In this document: piece after piece, positions 18,387 to 27,371 of the stretch
Layout of the letters: the number at the start of each line of letters is the position of its first letter
Position numbering within the stretch: position 1 is the stretch's first letter
Assembly (NCBI GenBank): GCA_037446235.1
Contig: JBBIJA010000002.1
Span: 1-40,361 of the forward strand
Length of the DNA: 40,361 bases
Source: Armatimonadota bacterium
GTDB taxonomy: Bacteria > Armatimonadota > Fervidibacteria > Fervidibacterales > Fervidibacteraceae
Reading direction: 5' to 3'
Notes under the pieces: generated by a model
What the model was told of the DNA's origin: nothing
Seen by the model: the letters and a program-made list of their open reading frames with translations, nothing else
Database searches by the model: none
Program-made: the position numbers and the translations under genes

Positions 18387-19100
18387 TTAAAACAGCCTCC
18401 CCTGCCGTTCCATCGGTTTTAGCGGTTCGTTGGGACGCTGTTTGGCGTGCAGGTGGGCGAGGCGAAGGGGTTCAGGGATGCGATGATTGCTGGTGCAATG
18501 CAGCACGAAAGTCGCTGCCGTCTCTAAGGAAACCTTGTGCCCGACGGAGACATAGACAGGCGGCGAACCTTTCTTCGTCCTCACGACCAAGCCCAAAATC
18601 CGACCGTCAACGGGGTCATAAAGGGGTGTCATCTCTCTTTCCTCATCGGCTGGTTCATCGGCATGACCATACAAGCGGCTTTTAGCGCATCCGATGGACG
18701 GCAAGTCCAAAAGCAGCCCCATGTGGCAAGCCAAGCCGAAATGACGGGGATGAGCCCGACCTTGAGCGTCAAAAAGTGCAACGTCGGGGTCATGGCGCAA
18801 CTTCTCAAACGCCGTTAGAACCGCCGGCGCTTCACGGAAAGCCAACAACCCCGGAACATAAGGGAAGGTCACAGGCACGACCGCATGGGCGACTTCCACC
18901 AGTTCCAAATCGGGGAAGGTCAGCATGCATACGACGGCTTGCATCTTATCGCTGCCGACCTGATGAACATCGGCGCCTGCGATATGGCGCACCTCTTCGG
19001 GCAGTTCGTCTTTTTCCACGACCTTCGCCGACAAATCCCATTGCAACCGTTTCGCTTCTTCTACGCTCAAGTCCCATCGGTGCGTCAGTTTGGCTCGCAT
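18387..19100 (-). CDS. nfi: Endonuclease V (deoxyinosine 3' endonuclease)
   Basis: IAGAD, PYVPGLLAFRE, FDAQGRAHPRHFGLACH, IGCAKSRL, YVSVGH, PEPLRLAH. Confidence 0.96.
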   Translation of the reverse strand: MRAKLTHRWDLSVEEAKRLQWDLSAKVVEKDELPEEVRHIAGADVHQVGSDKMQAVVCMLTFPDLELVEVAHAVVPVTFPYVPGLLAFREAPAVLTAFEKLRHDPDVALFDAQGRAHPRHFGLACHMGLLLDLPSIGCAKSRLYGHADEPADEEREMTPLYDPVDGRILGLVVRTKKGSPPVYVSVGHKVSLETAATFVLHCTSNHRIPEPLRLAHLHAKQRPNEPLKPMERQGRLF

Positions 19101-19131
19101 CCCTATCGCCTCCCATAAACCTTATCGGTCA

Positions 19132-19230
19132 TCATCTGAACCACCATCGCCATAACTCCCAAAGGGTGACGGCAAGGAGGAGAATTGCCCAAGCGATGAT
19201 TTGCCACTTTGTCCATCGGTGTTCAGGCAT
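19132..19230 (-). CDS. Putative 32-aa Trp-rich single-pass membrane peptide (not in ORF track)
   Basis: MPEHRWTKWQIIAWAILLLAVTLWELWRWWFR, tandem TGA TGA stops, purine-rich upstream, co-oriented between obgE and nfi. Confidence 0.55.
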   Translation of the reverse strand: MPEHRWTKWQIIAWAILLLAVTLWELWRWWFR

Positions 19231-19252
19231 CTCCGTTCCCCATTCCGTTACT

Positions 19253-19277
19253 GTAGGGCACGGTTTCATACCGTGCC
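19253..19277 (+). repeat. GTAG-type REP-like palindrome
   Basis: GTAG ggcacggt ttcat accgtgcc. Confidence 0.75.
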
Positions 19278-19314
19278 GACAGATATGAGGGCGACCAGCC
19301 GTCTCAGCCTTCGC

Positions 19315-20595
19315 TCATTCCATCATCAATTCCAAACCGCCGATGATGATGCGGTCGCCCGATTTCGCTCCTGCTTTGCGCAGCGCTTTCCAGACCCGAT
19401 GACGGACAAGCCTGTCTTTGATTTCCGCCAGCGCTTGTGGGTGGGAAGCGTTGATGAGGCTGGTCAACTGCTCCACACCTCCTCCCCGCACCGTCCAAGT
19501 TTCACCGTCGCACCGCTCAATTGTCAAGGGCGGTTGGGTGTCGGAAGGTAGCGCCACTGGCTCTTCGTCCGACTTTTGGGTGGCGGGAACCGGCAACTGC
19601 AGAGCCTTGACCGACTCCGCCATACGATAGACAAGCGGTTCAACTCCTTCACCGGTCAAGGCGGAAATAGCGAAAACTTCGTAACCCCGTTCCTGCCAAT
19701 AAGGCAGGCAGCGTTCCAAGTTTTCGCTGGCTCTGGGCAAGTCCATTTTGTTGGCGACGATGATTTGGGGCTTTTGCGCCAGTTGGTGGCTGTAATGTCC
19801 CAGTTCTTCGTTGATGGTCTCAAAGTCCCTTATAGGGTCGCGCCCTTCAACGGCGGCGATGTCAACCAAATGCAAAAGCAGCGCTGTTCTTTCTGCGTGA
19901 CGCAAAAACTTTTGCCCCAAGCCAACGCCTTTATGGGCTCCTTCTATCAAGCCTGGCAGGTCGGCGACGACGAAACTGAAATTGCCCATTTTCACCGTCC
20001 CCAAATTGGGCGTCAGGGTCGTGAAAGGGTAGTCGGCGATTTTGGGGCGGGCGGCGCTGATGCGGCCTATCAGCGTGGATTTGCCAACATTAGGGTAGCC
20101 GATGATGCCCACATCGGCGAGCAACTTCAGTTCTAACCGAAAAGTGCGTTCCTCGCCCGGTTCACCCAACTCGGCAAAGACAGGCGTCTGGCGCTTCGGC
20201 GTAGCGAAGGCTGCGTTGCCCCTTCCTCCTTTCCCGCCCCTTGCCACAATAACCCTTTGCCCTGGCTTGACCAAATCGGTGACCGACCCGCCCGTCTCAG
20301 CGTCGTAAACGACAGTGCCGACAGGGACGCGGATAAGCAGGTCTTTGCCATCCGCTCCGTGCTTGTTGTTTCCCTGTCCGTGTTGACCGTTGGCGGCTTT
20401 ATAGTAGCGTTGCAGGTGCAAATCCACCAGCGTTTTCACCGATGGGTCAGCGAGCAAAATCACATGCCCGCCCCGACCTCCATCGCCGCCCGCTGGACCG
20501 CCTTTTGGGACAAACTTCTCCCGACGAAATGCTACGCATCCGTTGCCCCCGTCTCCCCCTTTGACCTTGATGACGGCTTCGTCAGTGAAGTGCAT
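19315..20595 (-). CDS. obgE: GTPase ObgE/CgtA
   Basis: [50 protein letters not shown]; C-terminal OCT domain. Confidence 0.98.
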   Translation of the reverse strand: MHFTDEAVIKVKGGDGGNGCVAFRREKFVPKGGPAGGDGGRGGHVILLADPSVKTLVDLHLQRYYKAANGQHGQGNNKHGADGKDLLIRVPVGTVVYDAETGGSVTDLVKPGQRVIVARGGKGGRGNAAFATPKRQTPVFAELGEPGEERTFRLELKLLADVGIIGYPNVGKSTLIGRISAARPKIADYPFTTLTPNLGTVKMGNFSFVVADLPGLIEGAHKGVGLGQKFLRHAERTALLLHLVDIAAVEGRDPIRDFETINEELGHYSHQLAQKPQIIVANKMDLPRASENLERCLPYWQERGYEVFAISALTGEGVEPLVYRMAESVKALQLPVPATQKSDEEPVALPSDTQPPLTIERCDGETWTVRGGGVEQLTSLINASHPQALAEIKDRLVRHRVWKALRKAGAKSGDRIIIGGLELMME

Positions 20596-20646
20596 ATCGG
20601 TTCACCCGATAGCAATTGGAGTGCGAAGCAAGGTTAAACGGAAGGT

Positions 20647-20859
20647 TCAGCGTTCCAGTATCAGGGTGCCATCAATGAAATCCAAAGTGACCCTTCGGAA
20701 ACGGTGCAAGTAATTCAATCCGAGTGAACCATCCACGCCAAGTTCCTCAGGTAAAGTGAAGGCAAGGCACTCTACATTTGGTTCCTCTGCGCCGATGATG
20801 CCAAAAGTGTCCAAGATGACGATCGGGGCTTGGTGTTGAAGGGCAAACCGCCGTTTCAC
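20647..20859 (-). pseudogene. Truncated retropepsin-like (clan AA) aspartyl protease
   Basis: C-terminal LPEELGVDGSLGLNYLHRF..TLDFIDGTL signature is present, but only 70 aa and no DTGA catalytic motif. Confidence 0.65.
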
Positions 20860-20866
20860 TTTTTAG

Positions 20867-21127
20867 TCAAGCCGTCGGGTTGGGCAAAACGTTGACGCGA
20901 GTCCTGTCACCTTTGCGGTCATAGACGACGAATCCGTCCGTCAGGGCAAAAAGCGTGTAGTCGTTGCCCATGCCGACGTTGCGCCCTGGCAGAACGCGCG
21001 TTCCGCGCTGGCGGATGAGGATGTAACCGGCTTTCACGAACTCCCCGCCGTAGGCTTTTACTCCCAACCTTTTGGAGCGGCTGTCGCGCCCGTTGCGGGT
21101 GGCGCCTCCCGATTTCTTATGAGCCAT
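20867..21127 (-). CDS. rpmA: 50S ribosomal protein L27
   Basis: [29 protein letters not shown]. Confidence 0.99.
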   Translation of the reverse strand: MAHKKSGGATRNGRDSRSKRLGVKAYGGEFVKAGYILIRQRGTRVLPGRNVGMGNDYTLFALTDGFVVYDRKGDRTRVNVLPNPTA

Positions 21128-21133
21128 CTTCGT

Positions 21134-21610
21134 TCACCTCCTTGTCTCTAAGTTTAGCACCTGCGCAGGTGTCAAGCGTCTGTAAGGAGTTCGGTCAAAG
21201 TCGGCGTCATAACTGACGATGGCAACCGATTGCCCCGTTTGCGCCATCAACTTGTTTGCCGCCGCAATCTGGTAAGCGTCGTCAAAGTCCATTTGATACT
21301 GCACCGCCACATCCCGAAGGGTAGCGAAATCTTGCCCTTCCAGACGCACGAGGTGCAGTGCCCAAGCCTGAGCGAACTCCACAAAGACATCCCACATGCC
21401 GACGCGCCTGAGGCGAATGCCGATGGCATGCAATGAAAAGTCCGTCAGGTAAAGGCGCTCCGTCACTGAGTTAAGGAACTCGTCCACTTCCCGAACAATT
21501 TGGTTGGGCGGAACGCCGACAGGCGCCCTGAAGAGTTGTCGCACCCGTTCTGGAAACTCGTAAAACCAGTGCCAGAGCCAGATGTTGGCGTTAACCAGAT
21601 ATAAGGGCAT
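21134..21610 (-). CDS. PIN-domain (VapC-like) protein; first catalytic Asp replaced by Asn
   Basis: YLVNANIWL, TDFSLHAIG, MDFDDAYQ, IVSYDADFD. Confidence 0.88.
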   Translation of the reverse strand: MPLYLVNANIWLWHWFYEFPERVRQLFRAPVGVPPNQIVREVDEFLNSVTERLYLTDFSLHAIGIRLRRVGMWDVFVEFAQAWALHLVRLEGQDFATLRDVAVQYQMDFDDAYQIAAANKLMAQTGQSVAIVSYDADFDRTPYRRLTPAQVLNLETRR

Positions 21611-21613
21611 GGG

Positions 21614-22150
21614 TCAATCGCCCCACTCATCTTGGAATGCCCGCTCCAATTCCTCGGGAGAAAGCCTCTGCGCCACTTCCCTGGCTTTGGCTCTCCACTT
21701 CAACAACAAGCCAACCCAGTGGCATCGTTCAGGGATGCGGAGTTCCCCCACGAGCGCTTGCGCCCGTTCCATTTCGCCTTTTCGGTCTAAGTGGAAGATG
21801 ATGTGACCGAGGGCGATGTCGTGGTCGGTGTCGTCGGTGATTTGCCGAGCCAACTCCATCGCCTGATTCACCTCGCCGCACGCCAACACTGGCTTCACCA
21901 CCAAGTCAGCGAAGGGATAGACGAACTTCTGGCGGACGATGCCTTCGTGTCGCCGCAGCAACTCAAAGGCTTCTTGCCCTTTACCCTCCCTTGTCCACTC
22001 CCTCGCCAACTTTGCGATGCTTTCCGCATCCAGTTCGCCGACGACGACGAAAACCTCCTGCCCTTTTGGGATAGGCAACGGTTCGTCTGTCTGGATGGTT
22101 TTTTCGCCTGCGACTTTGCCCTTGACAACAGTGACGCTCACATCGGTCAC
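21614..22150 (-). CDS. Putative antitoxin: AF2212/DUF104-like N-terminus, TPR-like helical middle, acidic tail
   Basis: VKGKVAGEKTIQTDEPLPIPKGQEVFVVV; repeats GKGQEAFELL / GEVNQAMELARQI / GEMERAQALV; ends 3 nt before the PIN gene. Confidence 0.6.
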   Translation of the reverse strand: MTDVSVTVVKGKVAGEKTIQTDEPLPIPKGQEVFVVVGELDAESIAKLAREWTREGKGQEAFELLRRHEGIVRQKFVYPFADLVVKPVLACGEVNQAMELARQITDDTDHDIALGHIIFHLDRKGEMERAQALVGELRIPERCHWVGLLLKWRAKAREVAQRLSPEELERAFQDEWGD

Positions 22151-22156
22151 CTCCGA

Positions 22157-22495
22157 TTATCCTTCGGGCACTTCAATGCGTTCAATTTGCAGTTCGGTAA
22201 ACTTTTGGCGATGCCCTTTCTTGAGCATGTAGCGCTTTTTGGGCTTGAACTTAAAGACGACGATTTTATCGCTGCGACCGTGCCGAAGGATTTTGGCGAT
22301 GACTTTCGCCCCGGCGACATAAGGCGTTCCAACCAGCGTTCGGTCAAGCGTGCGCACTAAAAGCACCTTTTCGGTCTCGTAAGTTTCGCCTTCGGCGATG
22401 TCCAGTTTCTCCACCCTCAAGGTCATGCCCGGTGCCACTTCGTATTGTTTTCCGCCTGTCTCGATGACAGCACGAACCGTTTGCAGAGTTCCCAT
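22157..22495 (-). CDS. rplU: 50S ribosomal protein L21
   Basis: [30 protein letters not shown]; ATG 22495 after GGAGG. Confidence 0.98.
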   Translation of the reverse strand: MGTLQTVRAVIETGGKQYEVAPGMTLRVEKLDIAEGETYETEKVLLVRTLDRTLVGTPYVAGAKVIAKILRHGRSDKIVVFKFKPKKRYMLKKGHRQKFTELQIERIEVPEG

Positions 22496-22557
22496 AAGAG
22501 AATGCCCTCCTTTACCTGTAAGCGGGATGATTGCCTTGCCCCATGCGACGGGGTTTA

Positions 22558-22585
22558 ATTTTGCGCCATCGGCGGCGCATGTCAA
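22558..22585 (-). promoter_or_regulatory. Putative sigma70 promoter for rplU operon
   Basis: TTGACA, 16 nt, CAAAAT on the minus strand; perfect -35 but weak -10. Confidence 0.45.
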
Positions 22586-22617
22586 GGGAAGTGACCACTG
22601 TCTCTCAAATAAAAGTC

Positions 22618-23742
22618 TCATTGAGGGGTTTCACGATGGGTCGGAGGCAAAGTTACCATCTGCTTCACCAACTCCAGCAGTCGCTGACGCAGCGAAGAAG
22701 GGTCTTCCCGATACAACGCTTCTAAAAACTTAGCGCAAGCATCGTCTTCTTCACCCAACTGACTCAACGCCACAGCCATGTAGTAACGGGTCAAAGGGTG
22801 ATGGGGGTCGCAAGCGTCCAAAACTTTGATGGCTTCTCGTAACTTTTGTTGCCGCACCAACAACGCGCCCAGCACCAATCGCCGCTCCGCTATCGTTTCC
22901 GGAACACCCGTCAACACCTGCTGGGCGGATGTCCAGCAACCTCCTTCCAACAAACCAATCGCCCAAAGCAGCCGAGCCCAGACATCCGACGGATTCCATT
23001 GCACCGCAGCGCTCAGCCATTTAGCGGCACCGTTCCAATCGCCGTCTTCCAACAAACGTTCGCCCCGCCATCGCAAGGCATAGGCTACCAACGCCGACAA
23101 AAGGGGCAGCCGCCACCGATGGGAAAGCAACGGAACTTCTTTGCTTTTTTGTTCACCTTTCGCCATCGCCAGCCTTTCCAAGAGCAGCACCAACCTCGCC
23201 TGCAAGTAGGGGTCGTCGGCGACGGGAAATTGCCGAAGGATTTGCAAGGCTTCTTCGGAGCGTTGGCTTTGTATCAAGACCAACGTCAGCCAACTGCGAG
23301 CGACAAGGTTGTCAGGGGCAAGGGCAAGGGCTTGCCGCAGCATCCGTTCCGCTTCTTCCGACTTGCCCCTTAGCGTGAGCAACTTGCCCGCCAAAACCCA
23401 AGGGGCAGGGTTGTTGGGCAGCAACTCCGTCGCCCGAACGGCGTGCATCCCCGCCGTGACGGGATGACCCAGATGCCAATGAGCCCACGCTAAATGCAGC
23501 CGAACGAACGGGTCTTCGGTCAGCAACGCCAACGCCCGCTCCAAAAGGTTTGCTGCCCTTTGGTATTGTCCCCGTTGCAACAGAACCGCACCCCGATGGA
23601 AGAGCCATTGCCCTTGACAGCGTTGGATGAACCGCTGCCACCACGACGGGCTTTGACGGCGCCGCCGCTTCCCTTTTGGTCGTTCCGCACCCCAAGTTGT
23701 GTGCCCCCGATAAGCGTCCATTTCCGTTTTTGACGCCTCCAT
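22618..23742 (-). CDS. Tetratricopeptide repeat protein
   Basis: Repeated A..LE.AL.L.P.NP/D helical pattern. Confidence 0.85.
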   Translation of the reverse strand: MEASKTEMDAYRGHTTWGAERPKGKRRRRQSPSWWQRFIQRCQGQWLFHRGAVLLQRGQYQRAANLLERALALLTEDPFVRLHLAWAHWHLGHPVTAGMHAVRATELLPNNPAPWVLAGKLLTLRGKSEEAERMLRQALALAPDNLVARSWLTLVLIQSQRSEEALQILRQFPVADDPYLQARLVLLLERLAMAKGEQKSKEVPLLSHRWRLPLLSALVAYALRWRGERLLEDGDWNGAAKWLSAAVQWNPSDVWARLLWAIGLLEGGCWTSAQQVLTGVPETIAERRLVLGALLVRQQKLREAIKVLDACDPHHPLTRYYMAVALSQLGEEDDACAKFLEALYREDPSSLRQRLLELVKQMVTLPPTHRETPQ

Positions 23743-24285
23743 TTATTTTCGCCTGTCACCCCATCGCCTCAATGCGTGCATGATTTGCTGTTGACAGCGA
23801 AGGCAAAAGGCTGGTCCTTTCCTATCTATGTCCGCCAGCGAATTGCTGAAGGCAGCGACGCAAATTGGGTCAGGGCAATGGGCTAAGCCCAAAGTGTGCC
23901 CTAACTCGTGCAAAGCCTCCTTCACTGCCCGCCCTTCCAACAGCCCTCGGCTGGCATCGCTGTCCTGCCCTTGCAAACGAGCCAGCGAAATCAACGCCCG
24001 TTTGCCCTGCACTTCTGCGATGCCGAAGACGAAGTTGTAAGGCGGAGCGAAGATGTCCACGCTGACCACGCCCAGCACTCGGTCAAAGCCTGCTGGCACA
24101 GGAAATTGCGCCAACAAGGCGGTGGCGAGCCATTGCCGGCGATGAACGACGAAGGGAGCCGTCAAGGGCAGTGCTTTCGGCGCGATGAGGCAGTCTGCAA
24201 AGGGCAAGTAACAGGGCACTTGCAGGGCGACGGTCGTCAGCAGTTGCCAGTCGCCGCCGCCCATCGGCTGCACTAAGACCCGCAT
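23743..24285 (-). CDS. Archaemetzincin family Zn metalloprotease (M54)
   Basis: NFVFGIA, KEALHELGHTLGLAHCPDPICVAAFSNS..D.K..FCLRC; start position estimated. Confidence 0.9.
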   Translation of the reverse strand: MRVLVQPMGGGDWQLLTTVALQVPCYLPFADCLIAPKALPLTAPFVVHRRQWLATALLAQFPVPAGFDRVLGVVSVDIFAPPYNFVFGIAEVQGKRALISLARLQGQDSDASRGLLEGRAVKEALHELGHTLGLAHCPDPICVAAFSNSLADIDRKGPAFCLRCQQQIMHALRRWGDRRK

Positions 24286-24302
24286 CGGACGCACTTTCCT
24301 TA

Positions 24303-24773
24303 TCACCCTTCTCGCCGCCATTGTTGTTCTGCCGCGTCGCAAACCCGATAACCGACCGTTATTCCGACGCCGGCGGCGACCCCGCCCAACCAAAACGGGC
24401 TGCCCAACAACGCTATCAGGAATATGCCGATGCTGCCACAAAACGCCGCAATCAGATGTCGCTCCCATGCAAACCTCTCACGGGCAAAAGCCGTTCTCGC
24501 TTTGCCCCAAGCCAACAAACTGCTGCCAAGGGCGATGGCGACCACAAAAAGCCATGAGCGCAAATCTGGCACAAACACCGTCAAGGCGATGCCCCAAAGC
24601 AAACCGGTGACACCGCCCAAAAGCCCAGCCCCAAAATCGGTCAGCAAGCCGGTGTCCAGAGGCGTCAGGAGTTTCGCCAAAGGCGCTTCGCAATACGGAC
24701 AGGTTGCCAACGGCTTCCCATCGGGCAAAGCCCCTTGACAATTGGGACAGCGAAGGCGAGACCCTATTTGCAT
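24303..24773 (-). CDS. Zinc-ribbon membrane protein
   Basis: CPNC..CPYC followed by about 4 hydrophobic helices. Confidence 0.75.
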   Translation of the reverse strand: MQIGSRLRCPNCQGALPDGKPLATCPYCEAPLAKLLTPLDTGLLTDFGAGLLGGVTGLLWGIALTVFVPDLRSWLFVVAIALGSSLLAWGKARTAFARERFAWERHLIAAFCGSIGIFLIALLGSPFWLGGVAAGVGITVGYRVCDAAEQQWRREG

Positions 24774-24819
24774 CCCTCTCGCTTGCCTCCCTTTCGGAAG
24801 CGGACGACCGTTAAGGTTG

Positions 24820-25221
24820 TCACTTGGCGATCAGTGCGATGGCTACCAGGGCAAGGGCTACGCCGAGCCATTGTTTTAGCGTGACCGTTTCGCGCAGGAT
24901 ACTGACGCTCAGAATAATCGTGACGAGGGGATAGAGGGCTGTCAAGGTGACCACGATGGGCGTTTTGCCCCTTTGCAAAGCGGCTAGGAACAGAAACATG
25001 CCGACAGTCCCTGCAAAGCCTGCCGCTAAACCCCAGAAGGCGATGGGATAACTTACCGTCCAAATCGGTTTGAACGGGAAAACGCAAAGGACGCTCAGCA
25101 CCGAACCGATTGCCGACGCCGTCAGCGTCAGGTAGGGGTTCTGGTTGCCGGCTAACTTCAAGAAGAACGCCCAAAAACCCCAAAGCACCATCGTCGCTAA
25201 ACTCAGCCATAACACCGACAC
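24820..25221 (-). CDS. EamA/DMT family transporter (single domain)
   Basis: LWGFWAFFLK..ALQRGKTPIVVTLTALYPLVTIILS..LRETVTLKQWLG; GTG start estimated. Confidence 0.88.
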   Translation of the reverse strand: MSVLWLSLATMVLWGFWAFFLKLAGNQNPYLTLTASAIGSVLSVLCVFPFKPIWTVSYPIAFWGLAAGFAGTVGMFLFLAALQRGKTPIVVTLTALYPLVTIILSVSILRETVTLKQWLGVALALVAIALIAK

Positions 25222-25263
25222 GCTGATCACCCCATGAGGAAGGCGCTTCCTGCACCGATGGGA

Positions 25264-25288
25264 AAGGCATGGCACCGCCGTGCCTTAC
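25264..25288 (-). repeat. REP-like palindrome
   Basis: Minus strand GTAAGGCACGGC-GGT-GCCATGCCTT. Confidence 0.6.
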
Positions 25289-25323
25289 CAGCCAACGGGT
25301 GCTGCCTACGCGACCTACGGGGC

Positions 25324-26097
25324 TCACTTCAACAGGCAACCTTCTGGACCACAAGTTTCCGCCTCTTGTGCCCGTTCCCGAGCCAGATGCTCCTTTTGCC
25401 AGTCGTAGTCAATCTCTGGGAAGAATTTCTCTGGATAGAGCAGCATCCAAATCTGCTTGCGCAGCACGAAGTTTTCTGGGTCCATGCTAAGCGCTTTACG
25501 CCACTCTGCGATCGCTTGCTCCTTTTTCCCAGCCGCTAACAGTTCCGCTCCCAAGCGGACGCGCTTCTCGTAGAGTTCCCGTTCCAAGTCGGAGAGAACT
25601 GGCGTCCCTGACACCGAGCCGGTCGTGCCAAAGGGTTTTTGAGGTGCGCGCTCAAACGGCTCCAGCGACCCGGCGCGGAAGCGGTCAACGGCTTCCAGGC
25701 ATTCCGGTTGGTCAACGGAGAAACCCAGCCACTTGCCCACCAGCGTTCCCGTTTCATCCAAGAAGAACGCGTTCGGGATGGACTTGTAATCAAAAAGGCG
25801 ACCGAGGACATTGTCGGGATCCACCGCCGTCAGGAAGGTCGCTTTGGCTGCCTCATGCCATGGGCGGGCTGCCTCCGCTCCGGACACATCGGCGGCGACG
25901 GAAAGGAAGGCGAAACGGTCGTCTGGATGAGACGAGAGATACCGCTGCCAACCTGGCAGTTGATAGCGGCACCGTCACCATGACGCCCACACGAAGATCA
26001 ACAGTTTCTTGCCGCGAAAATCAGAGAGGCGAACGGTTCGCCCATCCAGGGCGGTCAGGGCTATGTCGGGGATGGACTTGCCGATGTTGACCCCCAT
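25324..26097 (-). CDS. TlpA/ResA-like thioredoxin-fold protein, probable selenoprotein (TGA at codon 41), 257 aa
   Basis: AGGAG RBS, then MGVNIGKSIPDIALTALDGRTVRLSDFRGKKLLIFVWASW-TGA-RCRYQLPGW continuing in frame into ORF 25324..25887. Confidence 0.88.
25942..25969 (-). promoter_or_regulatory. Putative bacterial SECIS hairpin
   Basis: CCG-CUAUCAA-CUGCCA-GGU-UGGCAG-CGG; upper stem begins 15 nt 3' of the UGA and has a G-rich apical loop. Confidence 0.7.
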
Positions 26098-26200
26098 TTG
26101 TTGGCACGCTCCTTTCCTGCATCCTTGTTGTCAGCGCTCGCTTTTATTCTATCGCCGAAGTTACGCCATCGCCGCCATCGCGGAAAGAGGCGGCAATCAA

Positions 26201-27310
26201 TTACCGTTCCCCCAATTTCAAGGCTCGTTCGTAAGCAGACAACAATTGTTGCAAGGTTCGGTCGGGCGTGAAAGATCTCGCCCGCTCCAAAGCCCGTCGG
26301 CTCAATGCAGCACGCAAGGAAGCATCGGTCCAGACGGCTTCCATCCCTTGCGCGATGGCGTAGGTGTCGTGGGGATTGACCAATATGCCCGCGTCGCCTA
26401 CGGCTTCCGGCTGCGCTCCGGTGTTGCCTGCGATGACGGCTGCACCGCACGCCATCGCTTCCAGCAGGGGTAAACCGAAGCCTTCGTTGAGGGAGGGCGA
26501 AACGAATGCCCGACAAGCACTGTAAAGCAAAACCAAATGTTCGTCGGGCACAAATTGCAGCCAACGCACCCCAGGTTCGCCAGTCACAACTCGGAGGGTC
26601 TCGTCCCAGAAAGGCAGAACGAAACCTGCGATGACCAAAAGGGCGTTGGGATATTTTGCCCTCAGCCAAGCAAAGGCGTCCAAAAGCCGCCCGATATTCT
26701 TGTTGGGTTTCACCGTCCCGACAAAAAGCAGGAAGTCTTTGTCCAAGCCGTAGAGTTGGCGCACTGCATCCTTAGCGTTCGGGTTGGGCTTTCGCTGTTC
26801 ATCGGCATAGGGCAAAACGACGCTGATGCGTTCTGACGGGATGCCTAAATTGGTCATCAAGTCGGCTTTCGTCGCTTCCGAGATGGCGATAAAGTGGTCG
26901 GTGCGTTTTTGCAAAGAAGGCAAAACGCCTTTGACGATGAACTTTCGGCTGGGCGGGTCAATGAGCGTCAAATCGTCCAACCACATCACATCACAAACGG
27001 TCACAGCGATTTTCGCTGGTGTCCAACGAGCCAACGGCGGGACATAACTCAGGTAAAAATGCATTAAGTCAACGCGGTCGCACCAAAGCCAGAGCGGCAC
27101 GGTGAGCCGCAGCCAACCAGGACCGCCATAAGCCCGCCAGCGGATGGTCATAGGCATTTGAGTCGGATGGGGCGGTTGGGTGAAGTAGAAGTGCCAAGCG
27201 TGTCGGTCGGGAACTTGCAAAAGCAATCGGGCAAACTGAGCCCCGACATTTTCCACGCCCGTTCGTTTGGCTTTCGTCAACGGTCGGGCATCCAAGGCTA
27301 TGCGCGCCAT
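26201..27310 (-). CDS. Glycosyltransferase family 4 (GT-B)
   Basis: [29 protein letters not shown]. Confidence 0.95.
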   Translation of the reverse strand: MARIALDARPLTKAKRTGVENVGAQFARLLLQVPDRHAWHFYFTQPPHPTQMPMTIRWRAYGGPGWLRLTVPLWLWCDRVDLMHFYLSYVPPLARWTPAKIAVTVCDVMWLDDLTLIDPPSRKFIVKGVLPSLQKRTDHFIAISEATKADLMTNLGIPSERISVVLPYADEQRKPNPNAKDAVRQLYGLDKDFLLFVGTVKPNKNIGRLLDAFAWLRAKYPNALLVIAGFVLPFWDETLRVVTGEPGVRWLQFVPDEHLVLLYSACRAFVSPSLNEGFGLPLLEAMACGAAVIAGNTGAQPEAVGDAGILVNPHDTYAIAQGMEAVWTDASLRAALSRRALERARSFTPDRTLQQLLSAYERALKLGER

Positions 27311-27371
27311 CTTTTCGCCCCCATTGCTGTAAAATTTTGACAACAAACTTGTTTGAAAGGGTGAAGGGCTA

